Source of the DNA: Eledone cirrhosa
Taxonomy: Eukaryota
Assembly: GCA_964016885.1 (NCBI GenBank)
Contig: OZ024748.1
Span: 17,732,001-17,796,000 of the forward strand
DNA: 64,000 nucleotides
Reading direction: 5' to 3'
Part shown: positions 55,170 to 64,000 of the stretch, piece after piece
How the letters are laid out: each line of letters starts with the position of its first letter
Numbering within the stretch: position 1 is the first letter of the stretch
Made by a program: the position numbers and the translations under genes
The notes under the pieces: model-generated
What the model saw: the letters and a program-made list of their open reading frames with translations, nothing else
Told to the model about the DNA's origin: nothing
The model's database searches: none

Positions 55170-55620
55170 TCTACTGCCTTGACTTCACCTTACTCATTAC
55201 AAAACATACCAATGAATATGTCATGTAGGATATTTTGGATTATAAGTTAAAAATTTAACCATATACAGCAAAGGATGCTCTCAAAGAATAGATTTTCTCT
55301 TATTGTTTTTTTTTTGTTTGTATACAACTCTGCTTTCATTACAACTTTTTGTACTTTAGCAAAACTGCCTGTTTTTTTACAGATTTGCAACGTGTATTGT
55401 CTTTAATCATTTGTATAACTACATCCTGTTCAGTGTTTTCCTTCATTATCAGCATAGTTTTATGTGTACACAGATTGCACTAAATATTCGTTTGCATTAA
55501 TTATTGAAGACGTCTGCTTATTTTGACAGGTTGGGGACAAATAATGTTCTTCTTTTACTTCCTCGCTGTATATTCTTAGCATAATTTCAAATCCCGAGCA
55601 ACGCCGGGTAAATCTGCTAG
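55170..55620 (+). mobile_element. Non-autonomous Helitron
   Basis: 5' A|TC start; subterminal hairpin CCCG-AGCAACGC-CGGG (55593-55608); CTAG|T end. Confidence 0.65.
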
Positions 55621-55768
55621 TATATAATAAGATAAATATGGTTTTATAAAGATAGTTTCCATTTATTAATATTATTGATATTATACTCCAGAAGAATCTT
55701 GTAGAGTGCTTCGAACCTGTTATAAACTAAATTTATTGAATAACCAACAAATTAAATAACTCATTGTT

Positions 55769-55802
<34 letters not shown>

Positions 55803-56606
55803 CACATTATATATAGATATATACATCTATATATTATATACATATATTTATATTATATACATATATATACATTATATATACATATATATACATTATATAT
55901 ACTTATATATATATACATATAATATATATACATATATGTACTTGTATATATATTTATACACACATACACACACACATATATATATATATATAGAAAGAGA
56001 GAGAGAGAGACATACAGAGGGACAGAGAAACAGAGAGAGAGAGAGAGGAAGTGATTTAACGATGCTATACACAATAAAAACTTTGTGAATGTCTTGAAAT
56101 TTCAACTGGAAAAAAGATGTTTTAAAGTATGGCTGCATCTGACGTAAATGTCTTCTGCACAAATTATGCAGGCCCTTTGGCATCATAGATCACTTCTACA
56201 ATGGCTAACATCTCTTTATCTCTCTATAGCTTGCTAGATATAACTATATATCTCTCTATCTTTCTATCTTACTCTATCTTAATACACATCTCTATATTTA
56301 CACCTCTCAAAGACAATGACACACGACCGTGACCTCTGGCGTCACGCAGCAATACAGAGTACCCGACCTCCCATGGGTGGACGTGTAGGCGCCACGAAAA
56401 AGCACCCAGCACTCACTGTAAATGAGGTTGGTGTTAGGAAGGGCATCCAGCTGTAGAAATCAAGCCAGATCAGTTCCTGTATGAGCAAGGCATGGTCAGC
56501 CGACCAGACACTGCCCACAACAGGACAACCCGTCTAACCCATGCTAGCGTGGAAGAACGGACGTAAAACGGTGATGATGATGGTGATATATACATGCATA
56601 TATATA

Positions 56607-56670
56607 TATGCTGACGATCTGGTTCTTATAGCAGAATCAGTAGAGGAGCTAGAAAATAAATTCTGGCTAT
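56607..56670 (+). pseudogene. Isolated non-LTR RT catalytic-motif fragment
   Basis: YADDLVLIAESVEELENKFWL, lying between (TA)n tracts. Confidence 0.8.
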
Positions 56671-56691
56671 CGAAATGCGATTCTCGCTGAA

Positions 56692-56725
<34 letters not shown>

Positions 56726-56732
<7 letters not shown>

Positions 56733-59700
56733 AGATCAAAAGATGGTTAAAGGAGTTCCATGTATTTTATTATGCGCATTTCAAAAACAAACATCATCAT
56801 GCAATAATATTTGTGTTTTCATCAGATAAAACAGGAGAACATGATATGAAGGCTAAAAAACACTTGTGGATAGTGCAGTTTTAAATCAACATATGAAAAG
56901 TGGTTTTAGATTGATGTGTGATATTGGGAAAAAAATATTTTATTTAGAGAGGGGGGGGGGGGGGTTGGAAAGGATGAAAAGGGAAGGAGATGAGAGGGAG
57001 AGATGGGTGATAGAGAGAAAGAGATAGTTTTTATAACTGAGAGGAGATATAGTTTTTACATAGAGAGGTTGAAAACCGTTGGAAGATACTGTATAAATTA
57101 AAAATTTTGAAAATTAGCGAAGGGAGGATAAGTGCGAGGAAAAAATATTTTATTTAGGGAGGGGGGGGAGGATGAAAAAAAAGGGGGAGGAGATGAGAGC
57201 GAAGGTGGAGAGGGAGAGATGGGTGATAGAGAGAAAGAGATAATTTTTATAACTGAGAAAAAGATATATTGTTTTAACATAGAGAGGTTGGGAACCGTTG
57301 GAAGATAATGTATAAATTAAAGGAATTTGAAAATTAACGAAGGGAAATTATGTATGAAGATAGAGAGAAAAAAATAATAATTGTGGATGAATATTCTAAC
57401 GTCAAAAAAAGAAATGTATGTATTGTGGCAATTTCAAAATTAACGAAGAGAAAAATTATTAAGGTTTGTGTGTAGAAGGATTTGAGAAAAATAATGTGAA
57501 GTTAAAGTTTGTATATTGGTTGAATTGATAATATATGCGAATAAAGAGTTAATATGTATTAATAATGAGTTCGTTGATGGGGAGAAAAAAATAATAAATT
57601 AAGGATGAAATTGAGATTAAAAAGATTTATGATAGAGAGAAAAAATAATAATGATTGCGGATGAATATTCTAACGTCAAAAAACAACAAATGTATATGTT
57701 ATGATTTTACAAGGTGAAGATAGAATGAGGGTAATGAGTAAATAAGTATTATAGAGTGTATAATGCCCTTTAAAGTAAAGTAGATGGGTATATTTTAAAG
57801 AGGTGTATGTTTATGTGCCTTTGAGAAAAGATTCTAAATTGATAAAGAATTGAATATTAACTGTATACTTTGTGAAAAGTTCTATGGAATTTATGCAGGC
57901 AGATAGAAAACAAATCTGTGCGTCTATTTATTATAGAATCTAGGTTAGAGATAATGGTAAATTTTTCATTTAGGCAGAGATTACAGATTTTAGATAGAGA
58001 GCTGTTCAAGTATGAGGATGCAGAAGAAATCTTCTTCCAAAAGATGGTATATTTAATGTTTTTTGTCTTTTAAGGACCATATGAGTTCTGAGAGAGCAGT
58101 GTTAGTTCTTTTAAGTTTGTATTTGAAAGATGAATGATGATTATAGAGACGAGCTTTAAAAGAGGTGGAAGTGGAGCCAAAATAGGTGACGGAATTGGTG
58201 CTAGTTATAATTTTACATTCATAAATTAAGTTTTTATCGAGACAATGGTTGTTGAGAGGACATTTATTTTTAATGCGGCAGTTGCAATTAGAGAGATTAT
58301 TAATGAGTGATCTAGTGTTATCTATAGAAGGAATTGGATTGGAGAAGTTATTTGCGATAGGAATAATAGTTTCTTGATTTAGAGTTGGATTATGAACATT
58401 TAGCGAAGTTGTGTTTGACGTTGTATTTGGGTTTACAGAACTCATATGGTCCTTAAAAGACAAAAACATTAAATATACCATCTTTTGGAAGAAGATTTCT
58501 TCTGCATCCTCATACTTGAACAGCTCTCTATCTAAAATCTGTAATCTCTGCCTAAATGAAAAATTTACCATTATCTCTAACCTAGATTCTATAATAAATA
58601 GACGCACAGATTTGTTTTCTATCTGCCTGCATAAATTCCATAGAACTTTTCACAAAGTATACAGTTAATATTCAATTCTTTATCAATTTAGAATCTTTTC
58701 TCAAAGGCACATATACATACACCTCTTTAAAATATACCCATCTACCTTACTTTAAAGGGCATTATACACTCTATAATACTTATTTACTCATTACCCTCAT
58801 TCTATCTTCACCTTGTAAAATCATAACATATACATTTGTTGTTTTTTGACGTTAGAATATTCATCCGCAATCATTATTATTTTTTCTCTCTATCATAAAT
58901 CTTTTTAATCTCAATTTCATCCTTAATTTATTATTTTTTTCTCCCCATCAACGAACTCATTATTAATACATATTAACTCTTTATTCGCATATATTATCAA
59001 TTCAACCAATATACAAACTTTAACTTCACATTATTTTTCTCAAATCCTTCTACACACAAACCTTAATAATTTTTCTCTTCGTTAATTTTGAAATTGCCAC
59101 AATACATACATTTCTTTTTATGACGTTAGAATATTCATCCACAATTATTATTTTTTTCTCTCTATCTTCATACATAATTTCCCTTCGTTAATTTTCAAAT
59201 TCCTTTAATTTATACATTATCTTCCAACGGTTCCCAACCTCTCTATGTTAAAACAATATATCTTTTTCTCAGTTATAAAAACTATCTCTTTCTCTCTATC
59301 ACCCATCTCTCCCTCTCCACCTTCACTCTCATCTCCTCCCCCTTTTTTTTCATCCTTTCCACCCCCCCTCCCTAAATAAAATATTTTTTCCTCGCACATA
59401 TCCTCCCTTCGTTAATTTTCAAAATTTTTAATTTATACAGTATCTTCCAACGGTTTTCAACCTCTCTATGTAAAAACTATATCTCCTCTCAGTTATAAAA
59501 ACTATCTCTTTCTCTCTATCACCCATCTCTCCCTCTCATCTCCTTCCCTTTTCATCCTTTCCAACCCCCCCCCCCTCTCTAAATAAAATATTTTTTTCCC
59601 AATATCACACATCAATCTAAAACCACTTTTCATATGTTGATTTAAAACTGCACTATCCACAAGTGTTTTTTAGCCTTCATATCATGTTCTCCTGTTTTAT

Positions 59701-59890
59701 CTGATGAAAACACAAATATTATTGCATGATGATGTTTGTTTTTGAAATGCGCATAATAAAATACATGGAACTCCTTTAACCATCTTTTGATCTTATATTA
59801 TGCATACTCCAGTCCTACAAACTGTAGAGTGCTTCTTATCCGATATCTGCATTGCTTTATTGTACTACAATAAAACTCACCTCCTACATA
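56726..59890. mobile_element. Inverted PLE insertion forming a 3.1-kb palindrome; HHRs at 56765-56831 (-) and 59695-59761 (+)
   Basis: Arms 56726-58090 and 58436-59800 are near-identical around a 345-bp spacer. TTTTAT CTGATGA...GAAA TGCGCA TA ATAAAA. Confidence 0.92.
57857..58435 (-). pseudogene. PLE GIY-YIG endonuclease domain (Naiad-like signature)
   Basis: CNCRIKNKCPLNNHCL, LIYEC..TYFGST, FKARLYNH, LSELIWSLK, CNLCLNEK, INRRTDLFSICLH. A +1 frameshift near 58060 is absent from the right arm. Confidence 0.85.
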
Positions 59891-60028
59891 TATATATATA
59901 TATATATATATCTTTCTCCCTCTCTCCAACCACAGTTGCTTCTTCATCTCTCTCTCCATGAAACAATAATTTTCATCTCATCAATGATGTTTCCCAAAAT
60001 TGGTTCTGATAAATCCTGGGGTTCTACT

Positions 60029-60068
<40 letters not shown>

Positions 60069-60254
60069 TACCATCATCATCATCATCATTACCATCATCA
60101 TCATCATCATGTGTCTGTCTTCCTTGCTGGCATAAGTTTGGACAGGTTATCAACCATCCAAGACTTGGCAAGTCAGAGGAATCTATCTTGTCTTGCTCAA
60201 ACAGTCCATATTTGGTATGGTTTCTATGATTCAATGTCTTAAGAATGGTTGGAT

Positions 60255-60812
60255 TCCTAATGCCAACCATCTTACAGAGTGTACTGGATGCATTATATAA
60301 TGGTACTAGCACTAATTCTTTACAGAGTGTACTAGGTGTATTTTATCATGGAACTTTGCAGTAAAGCCTTGGTGTATATTTTATCGTGACACCAACACTA
60401 CCAGTTTACAGAGTGTACTGGGTATATTTTACCAGGATACTAGCACTACCACTTTATAGAATGTATTGGGTGTATATATCATGACACCAACACTACCACT
60501 TTACAGAGTGTACTGGGTGTATTTTATCATGACACCAACACTACCATTTTACAGAGTATACTGGGTGTATTTTATCATGACACTAGCACAATCATCTTAC
60601 AGTGTATCCTGGGAGTATTTTATCATGTCACCAACACTACCACTTTATAGTGGGTACTAGGTGTATTTTATCATGACACCAGCACTACTACTTTATAGTG
60701 GGTACTGGGTGTATTTTATCATGACGCAAGCACTACTACTTTACAATGAGTACTAGGTGTATTTTATCATGACACCAGCACTACTACTTTACAATGTAAA
60801 CTGGGTGTATTC
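60255..60812. repeat. 48-bp minisatellite (~11 copies)
   Basis: ATGACAC recurs at 60481, 60529, 60577 and onward. Confidence 0.9.
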
Positions 60813-61390
60813 TATGGTGCTCAACAGTAGCTACATATTATTAAAATTAAGGTGATGGAGATTATCCATAAAATATAGATATGGGTTTCTTGATTTTTTG
60901 AAAATCATATAAGGGCTCCAAAGCAAAATAAGTTTTGGAAATAGTGATATGAGGAACCCCATATATTGATATTGCAGCATATGATAGCAGAATATTTCAA
61001 CTGAACAAATCCTATATAATCATCGAAGAAGACCTTAATGGTGACATCTTTCTATGGAGTGTGCTATACTATAATTAGAACAAGAATTTGAACAGGTGGA
61101 AGATTTTATTTTGAATAATAATTTATGAATATTTAATAGTATTTCTTCTCTTATGTTATCTATACAATGGAGTATAGGAATGTATATACCTGCATTGTCT
61201 TCTTCACACTAACAGCAATTGTTATTGGTCAGTTCACGATGAACTCTGTGGAAGTGAATTGGTTAATTCCTTATATATTCCATGTTGAACATTTTAAAGG
61301 TGCAAAAATGCTTCAAGGTGGAAAATACAGTTCATGAAAATTTAACACCAGAAAATATTTCCACAAAAGTTCCACCCTGAAAATAATTTT

Positions 61391-61757
61391 TTCTTCTTCT
61401 TCTTCTTCTTCTTCTTCTTCTTCTTCTTCTTCTTTTTCTTCTTTTTCTTCTTTTTCTTCTTCTTCTTCTTCTTCTTCTTCTTCTTCTTCTTCTTCTTCTT
61501 CTTCTTCTTCTTCTTCTTCTGCTTCTTCTTCTTCTGCTTCTTCTTATTCTTCTTCTTCTTCTTCTTCTTCTTCTTTTTCTTCTTCTTCTTCTTCTTCTTC
61601 TTCTTCTTCTGCTTCTTCTGCTTCTTCTTCTTCTTCTTCTTCTGCTTCTTCTTCTTCTTCTTCTTCTTCTGCTTATTCTTATTCTTCTTCTGCTTCTTCT
61701 TCTTCTTCTTCTTCTTCTTCTTCTTCTTCTTCTTCTTCTTCTTCTTTTTCTTCTTCT

Positions 61758-61796
<39 letters not shown>

Positions 61797-61799
61797 GCT

Positions 61800-61831
<32 letters not shown>

Positions 61832-62230
61832 TTCTTCTTCTTTTTCTTCTTCTTCTTCTTCTTTTTCTTCTGCTTCTTCTTCTTCTTCTTCTGCTTCTTC
61901 TTCTTCCTCTTCTTCTGCTTCTTCTTATTCTTCTTCTTCTTCTTCTTCTTCTTCTGCTTCTTCTTATTCTTCTTCTTCTTCTTCTTCTTCTTTTTCTTCC
62001 TCTTCTTCTTCTTCTTCCTCTTCTTCTTCTTCTGCTTCTTCTTCCTCTTCTTCTACTTCTTCTTCTGCTTCTTCTTCTTATTCTTCTTCTTCCCCTTCTT
62101 CTTCTTCTTCTTCGTCGTCGTCGTCGTCTTCTTCTTCTTCTTCTTCTTCTTCTTCTTCTTCTTCTTCTTCTTCTTCTTCTTCTTCGACTTTTTCTTCTTC
62201 TTCTTCTTCTTCTTCTTCTTCTTCTTCTTT
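61391..62230. repeat. (TTC)n triplet array, ~840 bp
   Basis: Direct reading. Confidence 0.97.
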
Positions 62231-63261
62231 CCAGGGAGGATCATAGGGGGTGGAGGTGCAGAGTCGTCCTCAAACACACCTTCCAGCTGGTCCTGTCAGA
62301 AGCAACTCTCTCCATTAATCCCACTGGATCCCCAAGACCAGCCAAGCTCATAGATGTTATCCAGCCATCTTACTTGGCAGTGTGTGTGTGTGTGTGGGGG
62401 GGGGGGTCTACTCCTGTATTTTCTCTTGGTTGGTTTTTGCCTGTAAAATCTATTCAGCCATTCTTTCTTCAGTTATTCTAACCACATGCCCTGAAAATTC
62501 CTCCTTTGAAAACTTGACCCCATCTCTGAAAAGAACATTAGGTTGACTTTGCCTTTCATCCTTACGGGGTCGATAAAATAAAGTACCAGTAATACAGTGG
62601 GTAATTGCTGGCCTTGTGCCTAAAGTAGAAACAATTATTACTGATATTCCTTTTCTTGACTTAGCTATGTTTGCTATAAAACACATTTATCTAAAGACCT
62701 TCCATCATCATTTTAATGTAAGAGTTTTAACCACAAACTTAATATTAAGAAATTTAGTCATATTACTAAATCTATGATTTTCAAAATTATTTGAAAATCA
62801 TAGGCTGTCATTCATTAGAAATAGGGTAACGAAAGGATTATATATATATATATATAAAAGAAAATGTTCGCTCTACATGGTTGAATACAATAAATGTAAT
62901 CTGAGTTTTTCGAATATTAATAATTGTTTCTACTTTAGGCACAAGGCCAGCAATTACCCAGTACATTACTGGTACTTTATTTTATCGACCCCGTAAGGAT
63001 GAAAGGCAAAGTCAACCTCGGCGGGATTTGAACTCAGATCGTAAAGGGACGTAACTATGCTGGAAAGCATGGCGTCCGACTCTCTACCGATACTGCCAAT
63101 CCACCGCCCTCGAATATTAATAATTGTTTCTACTTTAGGCACAAGGCCAGCAATTACCCAGAACATTCGATTTGTATTCAAACAAGCCTCAATGTTATAG
63201 CTATGTCAGTAGAATGAACCCTTCATTCTTGCTCTTATGTTGTATATATATATATATATAT

Positions 63262-63571
63262 ATAATATAAGATCGAAAGATGGTTAAAAGAGTTCCAAGT
63301 ATTTTATTATGCGCATTTCAAAAACAAATATCATCCTGGGATGATATCTGCATTTTCATCAGATAAAATAGGGATACATGATATGAAGCTTAAAAAACAC
63401 TTGTGAATAGTGAAGTTTTAAATCAACATATGAAATGAGCATAATAAAATACTTGGAACTCTTTTAACCATCTTTCGATCTTATATTATTTATACTCCAG
63501 TCCTACAAACTGTAGAGTGCTACTTATCCGATATTTGCTTTATTGTGCTACAATAAAACTCACCTCCTACA
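63262..63571. mobile_element. PLE 3' terminus fold-back with HHR at 63302-63368 (-)
   Basis: Diverged copy of the 33719/59630 family; (TA)n flanks. Confidence 0.85.
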
Positions 63572-64000
63572 TATATATATATATATATATGAGAATAAAT
63601 AAACCTTTGACATTCGACAATATCTGTGAATAGGAGTATTGACTGATGACACCACATAAAGAGACATTCAGTGGAGAAGAAGGAAGCTGATATCTCACTT
63701 TCTCTCTCTCTCATACACACACACTCTCTCTCTCTATCTATCTAATCTCTCTTTCTTCCTGTCTCTCTTTCTCTCTCTCCCTCTCTCTCTCTCTTTCTCA
63801 CTCCCTCCTTCCCTCCTCTCTCTTTCTTTCTCCATCTATCAATCTAATCTATCTTTCTCTCTCTCTTTCTCTCGCTCTCCCTCAACTCCTCTCCTTCGTT
63901 CCCTCACCCCCTCTCTCTCCCTCACCCACTGTCTCTCTCTCACTCCCTCACTCTCTCACTCTCTTTCTGGCTCCCTCACCCCCTCTCTTTACCCCTCCTC

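Noticed and set aside
61391-62277. Poly-Lys/Glu ORF
   Set aside because: It is a (TTC)n array.

Overview
AT-rich, microsatellite-saturated animal DNA. The SINE, RTE and microsatellite content points to an octopus-like cephalopod (inference). I found no confident host gene, and nearly all track ORFs are simple-repeat artefacts. The window is a transposon mosaic: tRNA-derived SINEs, RTE LINE fragments (one uninterrupted 870-nt 3' ORF), TTAA-flanked MITEs, a Helitron and Penelope-like element (PLE) remnants with GIY-YIG endonuclease. The main signal is a dense hammerhead-ribozyme (HHR) system. By eye I count about 27 type I HHR motifs, a few of them degenerate, mostly in fold-back elements embedded in (TA)n. 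They include two ~520-nt non-coding units integrated as concatemers plus an inversion (retrozyme/circular-RNA-like), a 21 x 71-bp array of half-hammerheads, U3:A8 compensatory core variants and family-specific palindromic stem III loops. All structures were folded by eye, and coordinates may be off by a few bases.
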